Source: an uncultured archaeon (lineage in GTDB: Archaea > Asgardarchaeota > Thorarchaeia > Thorarchaeales > Thorarchaeaceae). Taken from it: a stretch of 39,438 nucleotides of DNA. The stretch spans positions 1-39,438 of the forward strand of contig CAZLEV010000025.1 in NCBI GenBank assembly GCA_964558645.1. Direction: 5' to 3'. Below are positions 1 to 15,000 of this stretch, piece after piece. The notes below the pieces were generated by a model that saw only the letters and a list, made by a program, of their open reading frames with translations, searched no databases and was not told the DNA's origin. Position 1 is the stretch's first letter; each line of letters opens with the position of its first letter. Both the position numbers and the translations under genes were made by a program.

Positions 1-1
1 G

Positions 2-3000
2 GACAGAGTCCAGTAGTGCCTTGGGTGAGTCATCGTCCCAGTTGGAGTACTCCTGCACCGTAGGTCTGACCTGCATGGTCTCGTTGGTCACGAACAGAGA
101 GTCCTGGACAGGTTTCTGCAAGGGCTTCGGCGAGTCAGAGTACTTCCCGGGCTCGTACCAGTCTGCGCCGTTGTAGTCGGACACGGTCTTCTTCACGAAC
201 CAGTCAAGCTGGTCATTGCCGTACCACCACTCATCACCATACTGCTGCTCCCACAGGGCACGAAGGATACTCTTGGCAACCAGTGTGCCTGAGGCTGCGT
301 CCATGAAGGTGTCAAACAGCGTGGGGTCTTTTGCGATAAGCTCATCCAGCCAGCCCTCGCGAGCGTACTGCTCCAATCGATCCTCCACGGTGTAGTCGAG
401 TTGCACCGAGGAGATGAGGTCACGGATGGGGTTGTGCCCCCAGACGTTCATCTGGTTGGCCCGGGCGATGTAGTCCATATAGGCCTCCGAAAAACTAGCG
501 TTCATCCATGCGTGGTCCATAGAGAGCATCTGAGACAGGCCAAAGGTCAACACACCACCACCATCCGGGTCAGCCTGAAATGTGACTGGGTCGGCATAGC
601 GGGTGGGTGCCTGATTGGCCCAGGTACCGTACTCGATGTAGCGCCTGCCAGACTCCCGCAAGTACTGTGTGTCAACTGACCAGAGCGGCGAGAACTCCTT
701 GAAGTCGCCGAGAATCAGCTTGCCTGTATCTGTTGCGATGCCCCCAGCAGACTCGTGACTGAGGGTGGTGGACATGACCGGCATCCATTGACCGGGAACT
801 TGCCCGTCGTCCTCTGACTGACCCGGAATCACATTGGGGTACTTCAGCTTTGACGACGCAGGAAGATGTACCTGCCAATAGAAGGGACTGTAGGCCATGG
901 ATGCGGAGGCTGACTGAACGAAGTCGAAGCTGAGCCGATAGTTCAGTTCATTCACCTCTGTGTCGTCTTTGAAGTCTACCTCTGTGACAACTAGGTTCTC
1001 AGACACATCTGCAGTGTACATGGCGGTGGTAGCGGTTCTGCTCCGCAACTCAACAGTACCCAGTGAGATGAGCTGGTAGTTCCTGACAGTGGCCCTCATC
1101 CTGTCGTCCCACACACTGCCACCCCGACCATATTCCATCAGTGCCCTCTCAAGCAGCAGTTGAGCCTGTGCCTGTCTGCTCGGCAGTATCCTGCGCTGTG
1201 ACTCAAGCTCCATTAGGATGCCAGAGTCCAGCACAGGTAGAACCATGGAGGCCTGCTCGTCCACTCCCTGATACGTTCTCACTCCGAACTCCTTGTGAAT
1301 TCGTATCCCCTTTATCTTGAACAGGACTCGAGTATGAAACTCCGAAATGAAATACAGGTCGAAGGATAGTCTGTCGATGAATGCATCATAGAAAAGGTCC
1401 GTGTTCGACAGGTCAAAGGACAGGGTTGTGCAAGCTTCTGATGTCAGCGAATTTGTTTCACTCTCAATCTCTAGTGAATTGAACACATTCTCCGGCGGTG
1501 TGTAAGACATTCTTGATGAAGCATCCCAGACATAGTAGCCATCTGCATCGACACCCTTCAAGACTGCAACAGCTTCGCCATAAGAGTCGTAGGGTATGAT
1601 GTCAATGTCAATAGAGGTCCTTCCGGGGGCGAGGACGAACTCGTAGTCAGGCCCGTTAAGATTCCTAATATTGCGCCAACACCCATCATCGAGCAGTTCG
1701 TCGACTCTAAGGCCAGTATCACGACTAGCGTCTGTGTTTGCACTGAGATTGAATCGAACATAGCGAACAATGGCATCGGCGTTTACCGCCAGGTCATAGG
1801 TGTACTCCTGTGCCCAGTACTCTGGGTCATCATCACTCTCCTCGAAGAGGCCGGTATACGGGATGTCCTTGGGGCCGAACCGTTTCACTGCGCCATCAGA
1901 CCGATACCATGCCTCCGCCGGCATGTCCAGTACGTATTCCGGCCCCCGCGGCCAGACACTGCTGGTCCCGTCCTCGTGGGTTGTCATGTAGAAGGGGATG
2001 TTGCCGTCAGTGGTGAAGTAGCCGTTGAACTCCAGATACCGCTCGGCAATGGACCCTGAGTACTCACCCTTGTAGATCGTGTCAGGTACCGCGTCCACGC
2101 TCATGATCACCGAGCCCGCAGTCTCCGTCAGAGGAGTGACCGGCCTCCCCGTCCCGTCGTAGCCACCACTGTTGATGTCCCTGAGCATGTAGTCGAGCAG
2201 GTCATCGGCATCCAGCACCACCTTCAGACCACCTATCGCATCAGAGGCCATGATCACGTTGGTCTTGGTCCTCATCGCGTCGGGGTCCCGATAGTAGCTT
2301 GGAGAGCCACCCTCGCGGATACGGTGCATATGGTCAGGGTCGTAGTAGATGGCGGCCATGCGTCCGTGGTGAGGCACGTAGGCCCTGAAGCCGTCCTGCG
2401 CGCTTGCACCCTGCACCTGCAGCCTGAACGTGTTCAGGTCGTTCGTCCCGTTGGCAAAGGTACGGACGTGGATGGTGTGGAGCCCCGTTCGGAGATAGAC
2501 CTGGGCCTGATCACCATAACCGATGTCCAGCTGTCGCCCATCCACCCAGAGCTCGCGTCTAGCACCGTCAAGACCAAGTCCATGGGGATGCTCCAGCACC
2601 AGCGTGTAGTCCCGTGTGGTCGGCACATCGAGAATGGTGGAGTAGTGCTGGTACCACCTGGCACCCATCCACGACGCCATCTCCTCATCGTAGCCAGCCA
2701 TGAACTCTCCGTAGACACTCTCATTGTAGAAGCCCGCGCGGTACCAACCGTTGAGGAACTCCAGCTGGGCGTCAGGCATGAAGTACGCAGCAAGGACTTC
2801 GGGGTCGATGTTGAGCACTGACCGCGATAGCCCCATGTTCACACCCTCGGTGAGGCCAAACTGCAGTGCTGAACCGTACTCGTTCCATGCTGTGCTGGCG
2901 ACCATCTCGGCAACATCACCGTAGCTGAAGTCCTCGCGGATCACCTGCCTCGTGCCATTGTGGGTCATGACCCTGAGGTCGTCCACCAGATAGCTCACGT

Positions 3001-6000
3001 TGCCGGTACAGCCAGCCATGTCCTCCACGAAGGCGACGTCTGTCAGATGGTCCAGCTCGTGGTACTCACTGAAGGGCTCGATGTACTGGGGACCGATAGG
3101 GTTGCCACCCGCGTCCACCTCTCCATAACGCACATGGCTTCTCAGCAGGTCGAACTCCCACTCAGACCATGTGTCGTGTACAAAGGTGCTGTCTACTGTG
3201 AGACTCGCTATGATGACAGGGTTGAGGCCACCCTCGGGGAGCCACTCGTACTTCCTGACCTCGAACTGGTAGAGGTCTGCATCCCACTTGATGGGGTCTA
3301 GCATGCTTGGGAACCAGGTGTTGTCCAGACCCTCCTCCCAGTTGTAATGTACCTGATAGACCCGCTGGGCCCGCAGACTCATGGCACGGTCTGTGGCCGG
3401 GGCGCGATCGATGAACTCCAGCACCGTGCTCCAACCACTCGGGTAGTTGTACGTGGTGGTTGGCTCCTCCTCCGACACTACGGGGTCAGGGAGAGGCGGG
3501 TCGGTGTCGGTCCAGAAGTCCAGATACTGGTAGTAACTCACCGTGACATTGTGGGTGTTCATACCAAGGTGTCTGCGCAGTTGGCTGGGCTCGTGGGAGT
3601 CCGTCACACGGAGTGCCCGGTCCATGACGTCCCGCGGAGAGGCTAGCCAGTGGGTGATGTAACCCTCTTCGTCCACGCCGTAGACATCCCGCTCTGGGTC
3701 GGCCAGTGGGTCACGCCTGTCCTGCGACTGGTAGGCAAGGATGGGTGTCAGAGGCTCCGGTGAGGTCTCGAAGACCGCAGTGATACCATCCGAGACCGTG
3801 ACCGTGTACAGGTCAGGACACTCGCCCTCTGTCACGTTGAGGCCGAGGAACAGGCTCACCGCATCGAGATGGATGAGGCGCCGCATGTCCCGCGTCATGT
3901 TCAGGTAGTAGAGCTCGCCAGAGTCTGATGTTCCCTTGAGGCCCGACACGGTGACTGAGTAGGGTGACGCAGTCCCGTTTGCCCACAGATAGTTGACAGT
4001 CAGGTTCGCATCCCCAAGGGTCCTGTCAGCAAGGTAAAGCAGAGAACCACGCTCCACCATGTCCAGCTGGTCGACGCCCAATGACACGGGCGTCCCGGTC
4101 AGCGGACGGGCATCCAGAATCTCTGGTCCTGCGAAGGCAGAGCCGCTGACGTTCAACGCACTCGTGAGGTCGATGGGGCCACCAGTACTGAAGACCCCGG
4201 CCTCCATGGTGATGTCGCCGTACACGAAGACCCCGGCATCGCTGCCGAACCTGTGCAGGCCAAGGCCCTGCGTATCGCTGTACCGTATGGAGCTATCGAG
4301 ATAGCTGTACCAGAGGGAATCACTGGCTCTCACCACGGTATACAGCGACTCATCCTGTGCAGGGGCCGTGGAGTTGGTGAGATAGACATCATCGATCCAC
4401 ATGCCGACCAACCCATTGCAGCTGCTGTTGTCAGAGAACACGATGTCCAGTCCCGTGATATACCGGCCTCCCAGGGAGGTGTCCAGTCGGGACGACAGGG
4501 ACAGGAAGAGCTCCTCAGTCGTGTAGTTGCCCACCTCCTTGCCCACCTCGAAGTACGTGTCATTGTCCCCTGAGAGCACGTAGGCATAGGATGAGTCGTT
4601 CAAGACGAACCTGAACTGGTACAGGGCCTGGGACAGGATATCATCCTGACGTGCCTTGAATGAGAGGTGCAGGAAGTCGTGGACCGCGGGGTCGATTGCA
4701 GCTCCTGAGAACAGACGGCAGGTGATGTCCTTCTGGTTCACCCACGTGACGACTCGAACAGAACGATGCCCCTCTGTGAGGGCTGTGTCATTGTACGCAG
4801 CGGCGTCTGAGGCTGGGCTCAACTGGATATCGCCTGTAGACTCGACTCGGTTCACATAGAGCAGGTTCGGGTAGTCCTCAAGCTCCTGCCATACGGTGAC
4901 GCTCTCGATCTCCACTGGTCCCGAGCCATATCGTGTTGTCCAGTTGATCATGCCCGTACTCGTGACGGCATACGTCCTGTTCACCGGGATGTCTCCGAGC
5001 CAGCCATGTAGGGTGAACTCGACCCTGTGTCTACGCCAGTCCTGCACGGTGACCTCGTCAAGCATGATGTCTGTCTCGTTCTCGCCAATGGTGAACTCTA
5101 CCGCATTGCTCCTGACATGGAGGTTCAGGTCGTGACCGTCGGTCCAGACACGGATTCCGGCATTCGGGGCATAGTCGATGCTCGGGGGTATGCCGTCCTC
5201 AAGGAACCACACGCTCTGGTTGGCCGGCCCCGCATCGCGGTAGTCCACGGTGCTCACGAACATCCGTAGCAGCCTCGAGTCACTGATCTGTAATTCACTG
5301 TCTGAGGCAATCCAGCTGTCGAGGTTGAAGAGTGTGATACCTGTCTGACCGTAGCCATAGACCTCAAGATAGTCCGTTCCACTCTCGGTCTGAACCTGCT
5401 CCGCAGCACCGAGCCACAGCTCGTCAAGACCCAGTATGGGAGCTGCTGTGTTGTTCGATATGAACTCCAGACTCGTGACGACGGTGAACCCGGGACAGAG
5501 CTGGGATACGTTCAGCGAGATGGCATTCCACCCAGCAACAAGGCTCAACGCGGTCTGCACAACCTGCTCATCACCCTGACCATAGAACGTCAGGTAGGTG
5601 CTCGCTCCTGCCTCAGCCCTGATACGACCGTAGAGCATTGTGGCGGGAGCAACGGCAACGTCCAGGTCGTCATAGCGGAATCTGACCTCCGTGCTGTCAC
5701 TGACAGAGAAGCCGAAGGCCTCGATATCGAGTGAACCCTGCGACTCCGACGGCAACAGGAAACCAGTCGTGGAGAAGACTGGATCGCCCACCGAGAGATG
5801 TGCAACATCCATGATATGACCATCGACCCTGAGGAGGATGCGTTCCAGGGTCTCGATATCAGGCACAAGGTCTGTGATCGACTCAGCAAACACGTACCAC
5901 GGGGATGTTCCAGAGCTACCGGTGGCGGCAAGCAGATTGATGGTGCTACTGGTGCCATCGTGTTCAAGAACCGCCTGGAAGTCCGATGCTGCCGGAGGAG

Positions 6001-9000
6001 TCTGGGCAGAGTAGCGCCACCTCACAGTCAGGTAATCGTCCGAGACCCTGATGTCCGACAGGTCCCACTCAGCAGTGATCTCTCCAGCCTCCACCTGTGC
6101 ATCCAGCCTAGCGAAGAGGGCTCGGTTCTCTAAGAGTAGTTCGGGGTCATCACCCGGATAGGTCAGAGTGCCGGGATGACTGAATGACGCTGTATCGCAG
6201 ATGAGATAGCTCACGTCCTCGTCCGTGTGACCCACCTCGCTGTCGGAGTACCTGTCCTCTTGGATATAGGGCTCGATGTAGGTGCTGTCGAAGGGTGAGT
6301 CCTCCCAGTTGGTCCAGCCACCATCTCCGCCGTCCAGGGCCAGACTCATGGCCAGACCAAAGGCGGGTGTCCACGATGTCCCATGCGCCTCCCGGTTGTC
6401 GTTGGCATAGTGCTTGATGGCATCAGCAGTCCTGCCTGCCTTCATGTGCATGCCGTCAAAGCTGAAGGTTCCGGACTCCACCACGAGCCAGTGGATGGTC
6501 TCAGAGGGATGGTCGTTCTGTACGCTGACCTCGGCTGCGCACATGCCCACGCCAAAGCTGCTCAGGGTCGGATTCGTCTTCTGCCCGCCGCCGGTGACCC
6601 AGCTCTCGATCCATTTCGTCCCTGACGCAGCCGGATTCTCTGTACCCACCGAGCTGAAGAACTCTGCACTGCTCACACCGGCCCACAGATTCGAGTCAAG
6701 ACTGACGGTCGCGTACTCTGTCCAGTGGTTCTTGTAGGACACCCTACCGGTGGTGATAGTGCCAGCCTGTATCTTCGGCAGTCCCTCAATGTCCCACGAG
6801 CCCGCCTCGATCACGAACAGATGGATCTTGGTCTGCATGGAGATGAAGCCATTGCCATAGGCATAGTCTGGGAGGATTGCCCTGACCTGACAGCCGGTAC
6901 CCGTGATACCTCTGACACGCTTCCCGATAGCGTCTGTGCTGGGGTCTTGGTCTGTGCCAAGCTCTAAGGTGGCAATGACTACCGGCTCGTCGTACTCGTT
7001 CTGGAAGGACACATCCACCCAGTCGTCGATGGACGGGTCGGAGACCACGATGGTCTCGAACTTGACACTGTCTCTGGTCACGGTGATTGAGTCAAAACTG
7101 CCGTCGCGTAGGACGGGCGGAGCAGCATAGACCAGACTGGCCGATGCAATGGCATAGCTGACCTCCTCAGCAACGTGGGTGGTCTCGGAATCACTTGCCA
7201 GGTCCTCCTGGATGTAGGGCTCGATGTACGTGGCATCAAATGGGGAGTCCTTCCAGTTGGCCCAGCCTCCATTGGTCCCATCCATGGCAAGCTGCATGGC
7301 AACTCCCCACTGCGGGGTGTAGGGCTGCCCGTGCGCCTCGGTGTTATCCTTTGAGTAGTCCTCCACCGTGACCGCAGTGCGTCCGATGGTCAGCTCCGTA
7401 CCGCTCACAGTGTAGCTGCCGGCCTCCATCACGATGTAGTGAAGGGTCTCCTCGGGATGGGTGTTCTGGGCATCCACCTCGGCCGCGTTCATGCTGAGTC
7501 TGAAGTCTGTCAGGGTGGGCGGTTCGCCAGTACCAGAGCCGCATGTCCAGGCCTCGATCCATTTCGTGCCAGACGCAGCTGGATTCTCGGTGGCCACTGT
7601 AACGAAGTACTCTACACTGGAGACATCAGCCCATAGAGAGGAGTCAAGGGTGATGCTCTCGGTGGCAGTCCAGTCGCTGTTATGCGAGACCTGCGTTGTG
7701 GTGATGCTACCTGCCTGTATCCTGGGCAGGCCGTCTATCGACCATTCTCCCGCCTCGACGACGAGAAGATGTACTGTCCCGGGTGTGATGCTCCCAGACC
7801 CATAGGCATACTCTGGTGAGAGAAGGCGGACCTTGCAGCCGGTGGATGTGACATCTGTCACCCGTCTGCTCACGGCATCCGTGCTCGGGTCCTGTGATGC
7901 TGCAATCTCTACAGTGGCCATGACGATGGGCTCGGTATAGGTCTGCGAGAAGGCCACATCCACCCATTCGGTTCCCACGTTGGGCACGATGATGGTCTCC
8001 ATCTTGAAGTCGGACTCTGAAGTGTAAGAGAGCAGGCCGGAGAAGGTGAGGCTCTGACCTATCGGGCTCGGGGCTGAGGCGTAGAGGTCAAGGTCGTGGA
8101 TGGTGACCCAGACATGCTCGGTGTCAGTCTTGCCCGTCCAGTTCAAGCACACAGCAACGCCTGAGACCGTGGCTGGTTGTGTCTCCAAGATGGCCATCAG
8201 GTCGATCACAACTCTGCGTTCACTGGCTGCTGCTGATAGAGTCACTGCGTATCTGGTGCCATCAGCCAATACCGATAGCTCGAGCGACACATCGTCGTCA
8301 GCCACGGTCTGATAGGACAGGCTGATGTACCGAACCAGGTCACCGTTGAGATCAACCTCCTGCTGGGCTGCTACAGAACCAGAGCTCTCAGTGGTCATGG
8401 CATCAAGAGTGATAAGACCCCAGTCTGTGATACAGTCCATCCAGCGGTTCGACACATCCAGACGGGCCCAGTCATCATCACGCTGAAGGGCGCGGATACT
8501 GTGGATGGTCAGGTTATAGCCCTTGTCAGCAGCGGCACCCCTGAGATCAAGCCGGTATGTGAGATACCCATCGAACTGCTCAGCCATATCGATATACAGG
8601 GTCTGGAATGCGCTGTTAGGACGGAAGCCATCAAGCCATACCTCATCATAGACCTCAGAGGCCCTAAGGCCAGTGATGGGGTCTGCCTCATGACCTGCAA
8701 GGGCGCGCAGTCGTACCTCCGGTAGAGCTGAACCAGAATCAAGAGAGTAGTCTATGGCCAGAGTGGAATAGAGGTCTGTGTCGAGTCCCTCAGGAAGGGT
8801 GTAACTCTGTGACCAGGCTGAACCGTCAGACTCGATCGTGAGTGACCCATCTTCAGCATGGACCGCAGCCGCATCACCAGTCCAGCCAGCTGTGGAGTCA
8901 AACGTGATGGTTGCTCCGATATGGTGGGCAATGGTCAGGTAGTCGAGCTTCACTCCGCCCCCTCCAATCCCCAGAGTGATATTGCATACGGAGAGAAGAG

Positions 9001-12000
9001 CGTAGTCATCGAAGGTATATCTGAATACATCCTTGCTTGGTGCCGTCGTGATGATGTCAAGCACGGAACCGTTCTCAAGTCCCAGGGCAACCCAGAACTC
9101 GTCGGCGCTTGCCCAGGAGACCTCGAACTCCACCGTGTATCCGGGACCGAGCAGCAGAGAGTAGGGACGGGTGAAATTGGCACGTTCCTTGCCATCGTGC
9201 CTCTGGAGACTGGCCACATCCTTGCCATTGTCTACGAGGATGTCTCCGTCCAGTTCGATCCATTCGTCAACAGACGCAAAGCTCTCAGAGAGTCCTGAGT
9301 GATAGACAACCGGTTGATAGGCATCGACATCGTCACTGATGATGAGGTCTTCGACCCATAGTGTGTATGAAGAGCTGCTCCACTGATTGCCATACGAGTA
9401 CACTACGATATCAATCGCTGTTATCCATCCGGCTCCACACCTGGCGGTGACGTTCTCAATCACCCGGAACTGGTCCAGAGGGAGGTATACCTGGTAGGAA
9501 TCCTCAGCTCCGGCTGCTGACAAGAAGGTCAGATTCAGGACACCAAGGACGTAATCAGTCGGATTGGGACCGAAGGAGACATCAGTGAACACATAGTCGA
9601 TCTGTAGATTCGGATAGCGCACGGTGTCTATGGACAGCCCTTTGGTGGAGACCCTGTCGATATGAGTCGCCTCTGAACCGAAATAGCTCTCGCCCTTCAT
9701 GGTAAGGCTTCTGGAATTGACACCCGCCTTGAACCAGTTGTCTTCATCGACCTCGTAGTCCTGGACAGTCCACCTCTCAAGGTCAACGAAGTCATCCACG
9801 AGGTCAGGATGATGCCAGGTGGGTAATGGGTAGCGGACACTGTCGGACTCTGCTACCAGATGCCTGTCGCGAAGACCCACCCAGTCAAGCCTGACCCGGC
9901 TGTGGGGTGCAGTCCTGATGGCGCCAATGCGGATAGCAGTGACACTGCTGCCGCTCAGGGTCAGCGGCTCAGCGAACCTTCCTGTAACGTTGAACCAGAA
10001 CTCTTGTGTATCGGTGTCAGAGGTGACTTGTATGTAGGCATCACAGTCGATGACATCCGTTACCTCGAAGACTAACCAGTTCACCACATCCAACGAGATG
10101 CTCAGGTCATTCCACTCCACCCACATGGAGTCCCTGTTCTGTGCGGGAATCAGACTCATGATGTCACCATCAGAGGCGTACATGGCTGTTGCTGCAGAGA
10201 GGTCCCAGACGTAAGACAGGTCCCGTGAGAAGTAGGGACTGTCAACGTTCTCTTCTGCCGGGTCAATGTCCACCATCGCGGTTCGGGAGGGGCCCTGCTC
10301 GAAGGCCACACCGGACAGGCTCAGCAGCGGTACGGAGTCCGAGTCCATCTGTAGGTTCGTGATGGTCTGCTTGATACTGTACTCGAAGGACATCATGACC
10401 TCGTTGGCGTAAAACGAGTCATTGTCCAACCGCTGAACGTCTCGCTGGAAGTCGATGAATCCTGATGCCGATATCTGATAGGTGTCAGTGATGATCATCT
10501 GGGCTCCAAAGGCGCTCTGAACAACAGTGGTAGAGTCTGACGAGGAGAGCATGGTCAGTGACAGCACGTTATACCAACTCGGGTCTGAAGTGGTGTATCT
10601 CTGACCCCTATAGTCCACGGAGTAGTAGGGAGCATGACGCTCCAGCACTCCTGCCAGGGTGCTCACTGAGAGACCAAGCCTGTGGGTGTCCCATGAGAGG
10701 GTCACGCCCCAGTACGATAGCTCAAGAGAGGCGCTCTCGGGCTCAACGATCTCCACCGAGTCGACCTTCGCGGGGCTGAGGGACTCGAAGACCAGCCGCG
10801 TGATTCTGGCACCGAAGAGTGCTAGACCGAGGTCACGGGCGATTCCTGCTAGAGCCCTGTAGATGTCTATCTTGTAGGTTGTCCATCCAGAGTGAAGTGG
10901 TGTTGCAGAGGTGTATTCCACAGACCACTCCCCTGTCGGGCTGTCCGAGACCGTCAGGTTGTAGACCCCCACATCCAGAGATATGGTCACGATGGTGGTG
11001 ATGCTCTCATTGGCCACGAACCGGATGGTTGTGCCCTCTGTGATGCTCTGGTACATCGTCATGTTCAGTGGTGAGTAGTCTGGCCCGATGAGCGCTGCAC
11101 CGTACCCATGGAAGGCATCCTCCGTAGTGTTGTGAGTAGCAGATGCGATGTCGAAGTCATGGAACAGGGTTCCTGTTGATGTGATGAGGGGGGATAGCCT
11201 GTACTCGTAGGCCACACGGGACTTCAGGACCGTGACCAGCTCCACACGCTGGTCGGTGGCAATCTCACCGTCCCTCTCAAGGTCGGCAAGGTAGAGGCGG
11301 ATCTCCAGAAGTCGTGTGTACTCACCTGCAGACGTACCGTAGAGCTCTGCTGCCAGAGCAGCAAGGTCGGTGGTCAGTTCCTCCTCCCCGAGGCTGACCC
11401 AGTGTGTAGTCACCCAGACCGCATCCTCGGTGATGGCAGACCAGAGTCGTGCTCTGTACCTGACATACAGGCCTGTGCCATTAGAACTGAAGACGCTCTT
11501 CAGGACAGGGGTCGCGGTGATGTCCAGCTCGGTGGAGTTTGAGAGTACAACCTCGTCATGGAAGACATCGAACTCGTCCATATCCATGTCGATGGTGGTG
11601 GAGAGCCAGTTCTCGTCCTCAATGATGCTCGCTGTGAGGTGAGCCTCAGAGATCTTCTCCCACTCTGGACTCACGATGGGAACATACGGCGAATCCCTCT
11701 CAGAGGTCACTGCACGGAGCCCTCCGGGCTGGCCCAGACAGGTCACCGGCATGGCTGTGCCATTGGTGTATCGCAACATCGCACGCAGACTGTCCGGTGT
11801 GGCATTCGCAGCCGTGATATAGAGAGCAAAAGCATCGATACCCTCTCTGACTCTCAGGGGAATGTCTGTGGTCGCGTTGACTGTGGCAATGGACTCTCCA
11901 TAGTGCAAGACCTCAACCTGAGTCCCGTTGAGAGAGGACCCGAACTGGATCCGTAGCACTGCATTGGTCTCCTCTTGCACCATGAACTCGGTATAGGCTG

Positions 12001-15000
12001 CAAAGAACCCTGAGACCGTGCCACTCTCAGTTCCTAGCAGGTCGTGGGGAGAGAGGTTCTCTTTCAGGGAGATATCCCACGAGGTGAGGCCAAAGGTGTT
12101 CTTCACCAGAGAGACCTGGTCGAACCGCATCAGGCGGTTATCATAGTGTGACGAGTTCTGCTCGATGCGGATGCTTGCCATGGCCTTGTCAGGGAGTAGG
12201 ACCTCGAACCGGGTCCAGTCCTGCAGATGTCCCACCATAAGGGTCACATTGTAGTCTGTACCATCAGTGAACACCACGCTCACGTCCACACCACTGGTAT
12301 GGTCCACGTCACGCTTGATGAACATCGACAGGGCATAGGCACGTGTGCCGTTGGTGAAGGAGTATTGCATCCAGCCAGCAGTACCACTGGAGTCTGATAG
12401 CCTCAGGCTCTGCGAGCTGTAGTATCCATCCCAGACAAATGCGGTCCCACCAGAGTGGTCCCATGCACCGTAGTCCCCCTCGAAGTCGCCATCGATGCTG
12501 TCTGTGTCGTCATGGCGGGACATTGCGAAGTACTCGATGAGAGGATTGATTCCAAGGGCCCAGGCATAGTCGAGCCTGAGCTGGGTACTTCGGGGAGCTG
12601 GAGCAAGGGTGTTCCACGTGAGTGCTCCGCCCTCGGAAGTCAGTTGCGACTTGTGGTTCTGAACCTGTACTGCCCATGCGGTGTACCTGTCTCCTGTCTC
12701 GATACGAACCATGATGATATGGACACACCCCTCAAGGTAGACCTGTGACCCGGGGAGGTACTCCTGGCCGTCCAGCCACATGGTGAAGTTCGCCAGTCCG
12801 TTACTCACGATGGGTACAAGGGAGTAGACACCCTCCGTCTCGGTCGCGAACATCGTTCGGAAGGTCACGACCCTGTTTGCCTCCTCGATCAGCATCAGGT
12901 TCTCAGTCTGGATATCATGCGGCTGCAACACACTTCTGATGGTGTAGGAGACCGTTGCAGTCTGTAGCCAGTTGCCTGCGTGGTCGAAAGCGACGAAGTA
13001 GTAGTCCAGGGTGGAGCCCTCTTCCAGCGCGGGTAGAGTCAGTATCCATGTATCGGCCTCTGCATTGTAGCTCATACTTACGTTCTCCGGGCCGCCCATG
13101 TCGAGAGATATCGCGACAGTCACGTTCTTGACACCTGAGGCTGCGACTGGTTCGTAGAGGCTCACAACCAGTGTGCCATTGACCCCGGGCTCTGCACCTA
13201 CAACACGGGAATACTCGAACAGCGGGGGTGTGACATCATCGATAGATATGACCTCCTGAGTGCTGGACACTGCGATGTTCCCTGCATGGTCATACACTAT
13301 GACCCTGTATGAGAGCGTGCTTCCATACTGCAGAGGCACATGCCCCATGAACACAACGATATGGTCACCTGAGGAGGTCGTGATATTCACCAGCCCCATC
13401 TCCGTGGTGAACCAGCCCTCACCGGCAGTATAGTTGATGAGGGCGTGTGATGCATGAGAGGCATCTACAGGCTCGGAGACCGTGATGTAGACCCTGTTGT
13501 CTGAGGAGCAAGTCTGAGAACCTGTGGGGCCATCCAGTGCGTCGATGTCTGGTTCGGTCAGGTCCAGAATCTCTGTGCTCACTGTATAGCTCTGAGCAGA
13601 GAGGGGGTCGGTCATATTCCCAAAGTCGAGATCGTTGTCGGTGGCCTGAACGTAGGCGTAAAATGTGTCACCGTAGTAGGTATCGTCTGCTGAGACTGCA
13701 AAGCGGTAGCGCCAGGAGGTGTCGTTGTACGTCGCATCCAGAACCATATCGGCAGTGTGCACGTCATGGCCCTGCCAGTACGTCACAGTGATAGACGCTA
13801 GTCCACTCGCATCGGTCACGTTGGCATATATGATGAGCTCCTCGTCATACTCCACCTCTGGGACCCAGATGTTCATCAGGGGGGCATCGGTGTCATCATC
13901 TGCGACATAGAAGCTATGGTCCTGAGCCGACCAGAGTCGGTCATGGTCCATGGTGCCATCCGCGTCCTTGGCGAAGATGGTGAGATTGTGGAGTCCCTGG
14001 GTGAGCCCTGACAGAGCAATGCGATAGTAATAGCTGTCGAGGCTGAAGTAGTCACCGTCAACATCGCTCGCCCACAGAGTGAGAGACTGGTTGGCCCCCT
14101 GGTCAACAGATACGAGAACCTGCTCGATGGCTGACATGTCCTGAAGAGTCACGTCCAGTGTCCATGTGCCGCCCTCACAGTCAACTGCTGCCGAGCTATC
14201 GATTGTGACGATACTTGGAGCTGCGATATCATCATCTGCTATTGCAAGCACCCACGCAGCGTCCTCAGCCTGAGCGAGAGTGAGATACGAACCGTAGGAG
14301 CCCTGCCACTTGGCCTCCGAGTCTATGGCAAGAGTACGGTCATCGTCCCCATTCTGGGCATAGAGCAGGTACTCCAGACCCGTGTACTCGTACTCGTCAC
14401 CAAGAGTCAATGAGAAGGTGTACTCTGTCCCCTGCACCATGAAGCTGTCCTCTGTGTTCCACGGGTCGGTTGATCCCGCCCGCCGGTAATAGAGCACCAC
14501 ATCATACACGCCAGAATCAGGGTCCTGTACGTCAAACGACAGGTCAAAGGCCGTATTGGAAGTGGGAGAATCGGGGACCGTGTGAGCCACATCGGGGGCA
14601 GAAATATCGTCATCGCGGATCATGAACCAGTGGTAATCGCCCGGCATGGACTCCTCTAACGACAGGGCATCATTGGTACGGTCGTTGTCTGTATCTGTGG
14701 CCCTGATGCAGTACCTGAAGGTACGACCGGTATTGTTCAATGCAATATCGTACGGCATCTCGAAGTAATACCAATCGTCGCCAAGGGGCGTGGCAAGAAT
14801 CCATCCACTCCACGGACCACCGAAGAAAGACCAGTTGTAGTACACCGAGGTCGGGTCAACCGATGAGTGAAGGTCGGTTACTCGGAACTCGACGCGCATG
14901 TTCTCACCGCTCTGCCCCGATAACCATGCATCCGTGATGCTGGAGCCGTCAGCGGGTGATGTATCCGATACTTCTGGTGGAGCCGTGTCATCATCGATAA

